Positions 15,786 through 26,528 of a stretch of DNA of 53,290 nucleotides are shown in pieces (positions within the stretch are counted from its first letter, which is position 1; each line of letters starts with the position of its first letter). The notes below the pieces were generated by a model, which was not told the origin of the DNA, ran no database searches, and worked only from the letters and a program-made list of their open reading frames with translations. The position numbers and the translations under genes are program-made. Source of the DNA: Macrostomum lignano (Eukaryota); contig NIVC01004250.1 in the NCBI GenBank assembly GCA_002269645.1, forward strand, positions 1 through 53,290, written 5' to 3'.

Positions 15786-18551
15786 AATCTTATCCTAAAC
15801 ACAAGACCATAGCATTGTGTAAATCTCATCCTAAACACAAGACCATAGCATTGTGTAAATCTCATCCTAAACACAAGACCATAGCATTGTGTAAATCTCA
15901 TCCTAAACACAAGACCATAGCATTGTGTAGATCTCATCCTAAACACAAGACCATAGAATTGTGTAGATCTCATCCTAAACACAAGACCATAGCATTGTGT
16001 AGATCTCATCCTAAACACAAGACCATAGAATTGTGTAGATCTCATCCTAAACACAAGACCATAGCATTGTGTAAATCTCATCCTAAACACAAGACCATAG
16101 CATTGTGTAGATCTCATCCTAAACACAAGACCATAGCATTGTGTAAATCTCATCCTAAACACAAGACCATAGCATTGTGTAAATCTCATCCTAAACACAA
16201 GACCATAGCATTGTGTAAACACAAGAAAAAATTCTTGCATGCACCGGTTTGTCAGCTCATACTGAGGAAAAATGAGAACAACAGCAACTCTGAAAGTATA
16301 TAAAGAATTTTTGAGGTGAAACAAGTTGCTGACACGCAAGCTGGCTGTCAGCTCAGTTAATTGGCAACAATGAGTTGCTACTCAGGCAGCAGCAGAGAAG
16401 CTTTCCATCCAATTCAAGTCGATGTTGATCTCTCAGCTACCCAGGCTTGCACTTGCCGCAGCGAGAGGAGAGAGGGAGGCATGCGCAGTCATGTGCCCTC
16501 CCCCTGGTCCATCTCGCATAAAATTTTATTCTAATGCCGCGCTGGGCCGCCCAGCACCGCCTCAGGCAGTGGCGCCAGCGCAATAAGCAGATACTCTCGA
16601 ATACGGAGAGCCCAGGCAGCTCAGGCTGAGCGAGCTCTCAGTGGCAACAATTCAGGTAAAATTCTTTCGGGTCTGAGAGAGAGAGAGAGAGAGGGAGAGA
16701 GAGAGAAAGATCGGCGCTGATGCTTTGCCAGTCAAAGGAAGCCGCATGTAGAATGGCTGGAGAATGTGAGAACCGCAGAGCCAGAGCAGTTTGGCCCTGC
16801 TTGGCACTCAATCGTGTTTAGCATTGTAGAGAGTAGCGGCCTGAAGTTTATGGCAAAACGACTGCGGCTGTGCAATGCAATGGCAGGCAATCTTAATTAA
16901 CTAGCGCAGTCATTTATGACCAGCCAATGGGAGTGCGTTTAGCCCTCTGCCACAGGTGAGTCAGCAAAGTGACTCTGCCCACCCTGCATGTCTGTTTCCA
17001 ATCAGAAAGTTTAACATTGTTTATGAGCTGATGAACTCGTCTGATGTTTTTGGATACTATAGAGGCACAAAACTATCGATAAACAGTCTGTCAAATTCCA
17101 CCTGGGAAGTACACATATCGGTCAATCAAAGCACATAGGAGGTAAACATAAAATAACGACCTATAAAAGCAATCAAAGGCTGAAACATGGCGGTCTATCA
17201 GATCACAAGGGATTCTTTATGTAGCTGTCAGTTTGTTTGCTTGTTGTGTCAGTTTGTTTGTGTTGTGTCAGTCTGTGTGTTGTGTCAGTTTGTGTTGTGT
17301 TGTGTCAATTTGTGTTGTGTTGTGTCAGTTTGTGTTGTGTTTTGTCAGTTTGTTTGTGTTGTCAGTTTGTGTGTTGTGTCAGATTGTTTGTGTTGTGTCA
17401 GTCTGTTTGTGTTGTGTCAGTTTGTGTTGTGTTGTGTCAATTTGTGTTGTGTTGTGTCAGTTTGTGTTGTGTTTTGTCAGTTTGTTTGTGTTGTCAGTTT
17501 GTGTGTTGTGTCAGATTGTTTGTGTTGTGTCAGTCTGTTTGTGTTGTGTCAGTTTGTTTGTGTGTTGTGCCAGTCTGTGTTGTGTCAGTCTGTTTGTGTT
17601 GTGTCAGTCTGTTTGTTTTTTGTCAGTTTGTTTGTGCGTTGTGGTAGTTTGTGTTGTATTGTGTCAGTTTGTGTTGTGTTGTGTAGTTTGTTTGTGTTGT
17701 GTCAGATTGTTTGTGTTGTGTTGTGTCAGTTGTTTGTGTTGTGTTGTGTCAGATTGTTTGTGTTGTGTTGTGTCAGTTGTTTGTGTTGTGTTGTGTCAGA
17801 TTGTTTGTGTTGTGTTGTGTCAGTTGTTTGTGTTGTGTTGTGTCAGATTGTTTGTGTTGTGTTGTGTCAGTTGTTTGTGTTGTGTCAGTCTGTGTTGTGT
17901 CAGTTTTTTGGTGTTGTGTCAGTTGTTTGTGTTGTGTCGGTTTGTGTGTTGAATCAGTTTGTTTGTGTGTTGTGTCAGTTGTCTGTGTGTTGTGTCAGTT
18001 TGTTTGTGTAGATGTCAGTCTGTGTGTTGTGTCAGTTTGTTCGTCCATCGGACTGCAGAGTTATGAAAACTGATCGTCCAGGGAGAAACAACAAACCGTT
18101 TATTGGTAAAACATTGATCCAAAACTCACCCGGGACTTCGCGGCCCCACCGCCCCAGAGTATCCGTAGCCAACATCAACGTCGAAAGACGGATTGGCCAG
18201 CGAGTAGGGCGAGGACAAGTCGACACTGACTTTGGCCGGCTGCGCAGACTCGATGGTGCGCACCTCCGTCCTGTACTCGCGCGAGTACTGCACGCCGCCG
18301 CCTACCTCGCCGCCGCCTTGGTAGGACACGTCAACGGAGTGCGGCGACCGCTCGGTGGTCAGATAGCTGTCGTGAAATTTGATCATAGCTAACAGTCATA
18401 GTTGTCACTCTAAGCGTTCTATTTATAGCCAAACGGGTGGCTCATTTCCTGTTGAAAATTTGCAGGGAAAATCAACTTACACTCTGTTGGCGTAGCCGGG
18501 ACTGGCGGCTGCTGAGCTACCGTTGAAAGTGGAGAATCGCAGGTCAGCCAT
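8761..18551 (-). CDS. p120-catenin subfamily armadillo protein (delta-catenin/ARVCF/p0071-like), ~1034 aa
   Basis: Nine phase-consistent exons: 18551-18481, 18366-18130, 15499-14991, 13975-13447, 13080-12852, 12666-11857, 10978-10659, 9350-9119, 8928-8761 (3105 nt). ARM motifs: LVAYLRSDNDKTVLNATAFIQHVTF, AAVWNISS, TVLLPHAG, ENCLCAVRNLAF, EAAAGTVQNLAACSW. Basic insert KKSPLACCGSGQSKDK. C-terminal PDZ ligand DSWV as in delta-catenin/ARVCF/p0071. Confidence 0.9.
9523..10520. repeat. intronic minisatellite, 20-bp unit GTAGATTGACAGATTGGAA(T/G)
   Basis: About 50 units in intron 9351-10658; source of the spurious 415/432/230-aa ORFs. Confidence 0.95.
10985..11848. repeat. (ATTG)n/(ATTT)n microsatellite with higher-order block duplications
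   Basis: Fills intron 10979-11856; the block ATTATTAATTGTTAATTCATTGCTTGATTCATTGATTTATTG recurs three times. Confidence 0.95.
12720..12835. repeat. short degenerate ATCCAATCTAC repeats
   Basis: About 5-6 copies in intron 12667-12851. Confidence 0.7.
13130..13380. repeat. degenerate 14-bp GGGAAT(G/C)CTAGTTA repeats
   Basis: Tandem units in intron 13081-13446. Confidence 0.8.
14112..14948. repeat. intronic minisatellite, 14-15 bp unit GGGTAGGCAAGCTA(A)
   Basis: More than 50 units filling intron 13976-14990. Confidence 0.95.
15694..15782. repeat. (GA)n microsatellite
   Basis: Perfect dinucleotide run. Confidence 0.97.
15790..16220. repeat. minisatellite, 36-bp unit TCCTAAACACAAGACCATAGCATTGTGTAAATCTCA
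   Basis: About 12 near-identical units (the 12-aa periodicity in the ORF track); intronic. Confidence 0.95.
17219..18040. repeat. TG-rich degenerate repeat (GTGTTGTGTCAGTTT-like)
   Basis: Intronic low-complexity array; source of the C/V/L-rich spurious ORFs. Confidence 0.93.
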
Positions 18552-20897
18552 GCTAATGAGGCGGAATAGTGAATAAACACTTGTAGGGTGTGTTGAATGC
18601 TAAAGTACGGGAATTTTGGTAGCGTGCCTATATTAATTTTACTCAGGAATTCTAAGCAGGAGTTCAGATGCTGATTTTTCCGCTGCTGCTGAAATGTATG
18701 AGTCGGTCAGCTCCTTCGGTGGTTGACGCCTCGGTAGGAGAGCCGGTGATGACTGGGCGCCTGTGGTGGCGTGCCGCGCGGCTGCTATGCAGGCGGAGAG
18801 AGACTACTAGGGAGAATGACGGGGGCGGGTCAGGCTGAGCAGCTCTGAGCTGCTGCCGCTTGGTTTTTGTCTTCGCCTGCCTGAGCAGAGAGACTCAGCA
18901 GAGAATCCGAGTCGGGGGGGGGGGGGGGGGCGATTGGCCCGGCGGAGCGGCTCTCGGGGCAAACAGTGCGAAGGAGATCGCGCGATAGGTGGAAGCGGCT
19001 GCCCCCACTGGCTTAGAGACAGACAGAGACGGACAGACAGGGGGAACACAGGGAGGGCGAACAGCGCGGTAAGCGGCAGTGCCGAAGTTGTACTCAGCGC
19101 CTGAGTTTGTATAAGAATTCCATTTTTAGACTGCCAAAACCTGGCGGGCCACCCCACCTCCTCAGCCTCTACCAGCCCTGCGGCTGCGTGCAAATGCTTT
19201 CCTCTCTGGGCGCGGGCACAATGGGGCTCTCCAGTCTCCGTTTGCATTCTTTGTCTGGACCCTCCTGGCACAATGCGGTGAAGCAGGGAATTTGAAGGGT
19301 TGACAGGGCTTTGGCAAGCAGAGAATTTGTATCGCTTCCATTGGAAGCTGGCACTTAACCGAGCATGAAAAGCTTCCAGAGCCAAGAGAAACTCGTCTCT
19401 ACAGAGCCAGAAAATTCGGAGTAGACACATACCAATCACTCACACGCACACTCACTCAAACACACACACTCACGGGCGTGCCAGCACACAAAACGCACCA
19501 CTCAGCAATTAAAATACATCTGCACCCAGAGGGCCCGGCAGAGTAAAGCTGGTGCAGAGAGAGAGCCCTAAAGTTTTATGGCTGCACAAGCCAAGTACAC
19601 CTGGACCCAGAGTCTGGACTGTCAACTGTTCCCCCGAACACCCATTTTTAAGACACTATTGAGTCTCTAGCAGTGTCTTTGTAATTTACAAGCAGCAGAT
19701 AGACGAGCTTCAATAGAACTAACTAACCGTAACCTAAATTCAGAGAGCCACAAATCTCTACACTTATATAGTTCTATCAAATTTCACTTTGCGTTCGTTG
19801 GTGTCATTTTAAAGCGGCACATTTCTTCTTTCTACTAATCTACTTACTATATTCAGTCTTGTATATACTCAGCAACATCGAAAAGTCTTCATTATTCCGT
19901 CTGTGGTCGCCACTTCTGAGAGTGCAGGTGAAGTCTCTCAAACTTTGCGAGTGACGCAACTCAGCTACACCGCGGCAGACTTGCGTTGAGGAATGAAGTG
20001 GGGGGAGCGGTGTGCGAGGGTTGGATGGATCAAAGCTACCCCGATCAGTTTTGTCGTATCTTTTATTCCAGAATAGTCCAAGAGAAATTGCTCACTGGCG
20101 CATAGAGTGGCGACTTTTTAATGTTGCTGAGTATATTTTGGTCATTCCATTGCAATGCCACTGATAGTGTTACAGTGAAGGGAAAAACGAATGTTAAGTG
20201 CGATGTTTAGTCCCAACAGAAACTAAGTGTTGTCTTTTGTTGGTCTGTCTCGTCATCGTCACCTTTTCAAGGCAGTCTTCTCAACAGTCTCCACCTGTAG
20301 CAATACACTTCTCCCATCGCTTGAGCAATCTCGTCAATGGCATCAAAATCTTGAAAGACCATGGGAGAGAATGCGCCGATCCTTGTCTTCCAAATGATCC
20401 CTGCTGGGAACAACTCGCCGCCTCAAATGGCTGTTCAGCTGCGGAAAAGAAACAAATCAGCTGGCACGACATCCAGCGAGTACGGAGTTCGCGGTAGAAG
20501 TTCAAATTTGAAGAGCTGGCAGTCCAGACTCCGGCTCCAGGACGTCAGTGTTTTGTCAAAGAAAGACGCCTTTAGAAGACATAAAGATGATGCTGTCATT
20601 TGTCATGTGCCAGTGCAGCCTTCCTTGGGGAAATCGAGTAATTCGGTGTAGAGGCTGCCACATATTCCAGCTGGTCGCCCCATACCGCCGCCATTTGAAT
20701 GCAAAACAAATGCGCGTGTGCTTACACAAGAAATAGGTCGAAAAGAGCTTGTAGTAGCTCGTATTTTTGGTCTATCAAAGGCCACCGCAATGTCGGTGCC
20801 ATCGAGTGCAGAATTTTTTAGAACAATAAATCGTCTGTGCTGCAAACAATTTGTTCGGAGAAGCTCATGCGTTTAGTTTAATAGAACTAACTATCTG

Positions 20898-21184
20898 CAG
20901 TGGCGGCGCAGCACTTCCGATAAGGGGGGCATTGGTGGGGTGGTCACCCCCCTCCCCCAGCGAATTTTTAGAAATTAGAATTAGAATCTCACAAAAATGC
21001 ACGTAGTAAACTAAAATAACTAAACTAAACTAAACTAACTAAACTAAAAAATAACGAGCTCATGCTGAAAAATTATGGTGGGTCACCCCACGGAGGGATG
21101 GGAGGGTGGTCACCCCCCAGGGGGGTAGGAGGGTGGTCACCCGAGGGCAGTAGCCCCCTCTGCTCCCCGCCTGCGCCGCCACTG
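20898..21184. mobile_element. non-autonomous hAT-type MITE (287 bp)
   Basis: Perfect 14-bp TIRs CAGTGGCGGCGCAG / CTGCGCCGCCACTG; 8-bp flanks ACTATCTG (20890-20897) and ACTATTTG (21185-21192), one mismatch; four internal GGTCACCC motifs. An 8-bp TSD and CAG termini fit hAT elements. Confidence 0.8.
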
Positions 21185-21629
21185 ACTATTTGGCGGACGG
21201 AAAACAACTCTAAGAGCGTAAACCAATGCTAAATTGCTTATACTAGCTATATATTTTATTTCTCACTGACACAATGACAACGTGCCAGTGAGAGAGAAAG
21301 AGCTTGACTTTGTCAGCGATCGAGACAGAACGTGCAATATATATACACACTATACTACTGCCCAACAAAGCTACCGATACTAGTAATCACATCTAGGAAA
21401 TGGGTACTAAAGGGAAATCTATTCAGGGCCTTTTTTAAGTGTTCAGATTTTTACCGCTGAAAATCGACCAACTTGACGTGGTCAGTCTCTGGGTGGCTGG
21501 TTGTGTTTCATTACAGAATGACCAGAGGTCAGCCAAATGCGACTGGAGAGAGAAAGTCACCGAGCCCAAAATCCTCAGCTTTGCATGTAGAGCACCAAGA
21601 GTGCAGCAATGCAGCAATTATAGATTTTG

Positions 21630-22080
21630 CTGATGACCTCAGCGTCGTACAGCAGGACGGTTTCGACCATCGCCTGGAACACTGCGACGCCGCAGATCCT
21701 CGCGGACGCCGAGAGTCAGACCGCCGAGGCAGATGAACTGCTGATATCGCGGAAGTTTTGTCTACGCTTTGGCGCAAAATTTCAACCTCGGTATCATCCA
21801 GAGCACGATGGTCTTCTGCGTGCTGACCACCAGGCTGACACTCGCCGCAACAGAAACCAGCTTGTCCAGCTGTCGCTTGATGGTTGAAGACAGCAGGGAG
21901 CGATCGTCGGTGTAGCCAAGCACGCTGAGCCGCCTCTCCAGCTGGCCTCAACGCACCGTTTTGACTGCAAATAAATAGTGTCGATGCCGCAGCAGAAAGC
22001 TGTCGTTGGTAAGAAGAGCATTCCGCAGCACCCAGTCAAGCACCAGAACAAAAAGGAACGGTGCTAGGGTATCACCCAGG
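21630..22080 (-). pseudogene. decayed non-LTR retrotransposon (LINE) reverse transcriptase fragment
   Basis: Minus-strand frameshifted pieces LGDTLAPFLFVLVLDWVLR, RLSVLGYTDD, QLDKLVSVAASVSLVVSTQKT and VFQAMVETVLLYDAE correspond to the LINE RT motifs QGDTLAP, YADD, GL-x-N-x-KT and VLLYGxE. Confidence 0.8.
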
Positions 22081-23327
22081 AGGATGTCCGGATACGAAAA
22101 AAACAAGCGCAATGGAGCAGTCAGTTTAGCTTTAGAAAGATTTTTACTTCAAGCTTCAAAGATAGGAAATAGAAAAGTTCACACAAAACGAGGCTACACT
22201 GATCTATCACGTAGTGCGTCGGTAAACGCACGCGGTTCTGTCCGTAAGCTAAAAGTTTATAAATTGAGTCGGGTTAATAAATTATATTATAAATACGATC
22301 GTAAATTGCAAATCAAGGAGAAAATCCGCAGACACGCTCATACTAAGCAAATCAAAATGCTCTTTCAGTGTAAAAAGCTGCTACCCCATTACTAGCTGTT
22401 CTAAGTACTCAATAGTGTTTTAATCATTCTTTTACACAGCTTTTAAAAATATAAACTAGCTCGTACACAGCTAAAGCAACCAGAAGCGGCGCCCGGGAGT
22501 CTGTCCTGTGCCGGATAAAATGTCCCGCATTGAATAAGCTATACGTACAGATGCAGACCCCGTCTCGCTAGCTTCTGTGTGAGTGGCGCTTCGCTCTCAG
22601 GCCTAATGACTGCGGAAAATAGTCATTAATCAAGACGGTACCCCCTCCTGGGCTTCGCTTCAAAGCCGTGGCAAAAAAATCCTATCTTTACAATGCCCAG
22701 AAATTTGGATTCCAAGCAGCCTGGAATAAAGAGCTGCACCAGCACGGGGAAATAGGCAATTTATCCGACTGTCTGCCCCCTAAAGTCAATCAGAAGCCAC
22801 CAGAACTGGGTGGCACACTGTGATGCTTAAGCCTCGCAGGAAAGAGAACCGGTCGGGTTGGCTGGAGAAGATCGGTGAAAAAAAGTTATCAGAAAAATAG
22901 TTCTAGTCTGCGTGATAGTATAGCGGCAGCTTTAACTAACAGTGCCATATTTATTATTACGCACAGTGCCGAGCAGAAAGAAAGGAGCAGAGGAGGCCGG
23001 GGTTGGCGCAGACGCGTAGGCTGGAGGGTAAGAGTGCAACTCCGGGGCCGAGAGATATAGAGAACGTTCATCCTATTCTAGCAGAAGCACCGGGGTACAA
23101 AGGTGTTGTAACCGGAAAGTAGGAACAATTCGATACAAACAGCTCAGAGATAAGTGTGGCTCGAAAAAAACTTTTTCGGTAAATTTTAAATTTTGCACAG
23201 ACATTCATCTCTTCTTAAAGTACAGAAAGTTTTTGTGAGCAAGCAACTTCTATAAAAGGAATAATTATTTAAGCAACTATGAAATATGAAAAGGAACAGT
23301 CATTAAAAAGGGCTCGCACATAAAAAA

Positions 23328-25146
23328 TCACATTTGTGTCGTTAAACAACTAGGTTTAGGCTCCCCTTCAACTGCAGAGGGTTCCTCCACTGATGCAGAT
23401 CTATGCCTCGTGTACGCAAGCTCCGCGATAAGGTCCAACAGCTCGCAAATCGTGAGCAGAGACATCCCCAGATAGATGCCCATGATGCCTCCGATGTCGG
23501 CAACGAAGTTCTCGAAGCCGTAGTCAATGGAGAACTTGAGCTTATCGCAGTCCATGCGCTGCGGTCGGATCTCAAGCTTCAACAGATTTGCATTAGCGAA
23601 GGCGATGGCGGCCGGAGACATGGAGGAGCTTTCAGAGCTGGCGTTGACCAGAAACTCGAGACCCGGAACCGAGATTCCCTTGAGAACCGCCGTGTCCCTG
23701 GCGTCGGCCACCGTAGTTCCAATGAACGCGCGGAGAGAAGTTGAGGTGGGCCAGCTGGCGCTGGAGATCTGGGCGTCATAGATGAGGCTCGAGCAGGGCG
23801 CGCGGCTCTTGCAGGCCGATGCGGTCGCTTCATCAAAATTTTTCGGAGTCGATTCGATTTTAGATACTTCAGCTGGCAGATGATCCAATATGTTACTCGG
23901 ACCGGACATGTTCAGAGTCGTCTGCGAGTGCCGAAGCCTCCAAGTTGTCGGAATGCCGGGCGTTGTAAAGTTGTAAATAGCAAGCGAATTTTCGTTGAAT
24001 TTGTCAAAGTAGCAGTAGGAATAGGAGTAGCTATGGCTGTAGGGTTCAAAGTCGTAGGGGTTCAGAAACTGAATGAGATCGTTAGTGCTAACGCAGTCGA
24101 ACTGATCTGCATTTCGCTCTTCTTGTCGCATTGAAAGCTCAATCTGAAAGTAATCAGATGGGTTCATTCACATTCAATATTGATTTAGCAATTCAGCGAT
24201 GCATCGAAGCAATGACCCACCTGATAGTACTTTCCCGGCTCGAGTAAAATCGAGGTTCCAAAATTGGACGGGTATTCCCCTGGCGGCATGAGGAAGAGCC
24301 GAACTCCTGAGCGCCTGTCTGGTCTGAGGCTATCACGCAGTGCCAGCGGCCAATCAGTCACAGGCATTCTTATGTAGACTGGTGTGCCCGTGTTGCGCTT
24401 CCTGTATTCAGCATAGACGGGCGATTCAACAGATTTCCCGGTAAGATTTGGCGCAGACGTCTCGTCCAGGTTGTCCAGAAACATCGCGATCTCAAGGCTG
24501 TTTCGACTTTGAATGCTTTGGAGCTCAGAGTTGTTGTCAGCTGACCATCTGAAGCATCTCAATTGGGTCTGGTGATAGAACTGAGTGAATGGCACTGGAA
24601 ATTCTTCAGCAAAGCCGTTCTTGTTTGCCTTGAGAGCACTGCTGAGGAGAACGGCTTGCTCCGCTCTGTGAGCCAGAGCACTTACTAGCAGAGTGTAGGG
24701 AATCGATAATGGGTAAACATAGCTTGCAGTGAGTTTCAGTTTTTCCACCTGTTGCGCAATATCTGCTTCACTTGAGCCTGGCGTATTCTTCAATGAATTG
24801 CGTACACTTCGCTCGATTGCAGCTGATATCTCTGTTAGGCTGTCGTTGAGCTGCTGGATGATGCTGTCGCTCATGCTCGCAGAGTAGGTGCCGGACACAG
24901 GGTTCTCGAAGCAAGCGTACACGTCCGGGAACTGGAAGCGCACGCTTTCGGCCTCTAGAGATGAGGTCACCTGCCGACTCTGCAGCTTGACTGCGAAGCC
25001 GACCAAACCGCGGAGGAGCAGGCACAGGAAGAAGAAGAAGAGCAGGAGCCAGGCCACGCGTATGAAGAGCGGCTTGGCGCTGACGAGTCGGGACAACCGT
25101 GCGCTGAGGTGGCCTCGCAGGCGGCTGGCAGTTTCAGCTGTAGCAT
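23328..25146 (-). CDS. DEG/ENaC/ASIC-family channel subunit, two exons, apparent 1-nt frameshift just after the HG motif
   Basis: Exon 1 25146-24221 (CEATSAHG | LSRL, TM1 RVAWLLLFFFFLCLLL, FPDVYAC); 77-bp GT-AG intron; exon 2 24143-23328 with TM2 FVADIGGIMGIYLGMSLLTICELLD (GxS filter). The frames join only if one T is added at about 25096. Confidence 0.85.
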
Positions 25147-26528
25147 GACAGACGTGCGCTTGCTTGGCTTTGCTGAAGGGAAACAGCAGTTGCGAGTGTT
25201 TGTTGGGGAAAAAGTTTTTGAAAATGAGCGCGCCAAAACTTTTTCAGCGTTTTTTTAACAAGTCTATCCGAATTTTGCAAGGTAGCCGATAGATCCTGTC
25301 GTGCATTCAGCCAGTTGACAGCAGCAGGTTATTAGAGTAAGAGGGGCAAAAATGCCCGCCTGGGTGCACCAATGAAATGTTCAGAGATATGGGAATGGGG
25401 GGCAGGAAGGAATAGGTTGGCTAGCATTGGTGAGTCAAGAAGGGGTTTGGGGCGATCGATAAAACGGGGTAAAGTACGAGTATACAGCGAAGGGGAGAGG
25501 CAGGGGCAGGTAAATAGTACAATATTTCATAATTGAATAGATGGAATATGAGCGTAGCAGCGCCTGATCAGCCTGAGCAAGTTCCAGTAAGGATCCTTTG
25601 TATACAGGAGTGTGTCAGCCAGTTCCGGTATTAGCATAATTGAAAGCAAATATTACCAGCGCGAATCAATAAACATATTTAGATCAGTATTTATTGAATT
25701 GGCTGTCACTGGCTGCATTTGTATAGGCTAAAAGAGTTCACACGTACTCCTGCGCATGCTCACTGCCTCCGATGGTTCAAGTGGCAAATTATTGTGTTTA
25801 ATTAATATTCTGGAAGCAGCAGCTGTGCAGTGGAATGCAATATGTTGTGTCGGTGGAAGGCAAGGTAATTAGATAAGGGCAGCTTAGTAGATGGCTCTGT
25901 GGTAATAGTTTTGCACTCTAGGATTGCCTCCTGGACATATCCTTCTATTTTCAGGTTCTGTCTGTAAAGTTCCCTCCCCCGGTGTCATGCGCCCCCCCCC
26001 CGGTGTCATGCGCCCCCCCCCCACGGGAGAGCTTGCCGACAGCTTGATCTATTGGAAAGCTGCAACTCAGAGCCAGGTGTGAGGTGGCGTAATTGATGTA
26101 CGTATACGTTACAGAAAACTGGAGGGGTCAGGCACACTGGGAGGTTTGGGGCGGGTCTGGGGAAAAATAGGGCACGATGGCACAACACCTTAATTATTTA
26201 AGAATAACTAAGCTGAAAAAGGCATTCATTCTTCGCATAGATTGCAAGGTTAATAAAATTAAGATTTTCATCATTTGGGATAGTTTGAACTACGACGTTT
26301 GCTTTGGGAAGTTTGTTTTCGAGGAATTTACTTGTCAACGTTATTTTGCGGAGTTTTTTCGGAGTTATTTGGGCAAAATCCATCTCGACTTTACTTTTAG
26401 TCCCTCTACTTTAGCTGTCCACGGCAGGTACATTTATTCCAACGAGAATAAAATTAGTATACATGTACGAGTATTTTCATGAAGTAGGCGCTCAATACGA
26501 AATCAAGGGCAACTCTAGCAGAAGGATG

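Noticed and set aside
15692-18073. CKSHPKHKTIAL repeat ORF and Cys/Val-rich ORFs
   Set aside because: Intronic 36-bp and TG repeats; not coding.
20198-20845. Short ORFs possibly from a transposon hosting the MITE
   Set aside because: No motif I could recognise.
22605-22630. Hairpin TAATGACT-N9-AGTCATTA as a Helitron end or terminator
   Set aside because: No adjacent CTRR end or other supporting context.
25976-26022. Duplicated GGTGTCATGCG flanked by C runs
   Set aside because: Simple two-copy slippage duplication with no further structure.
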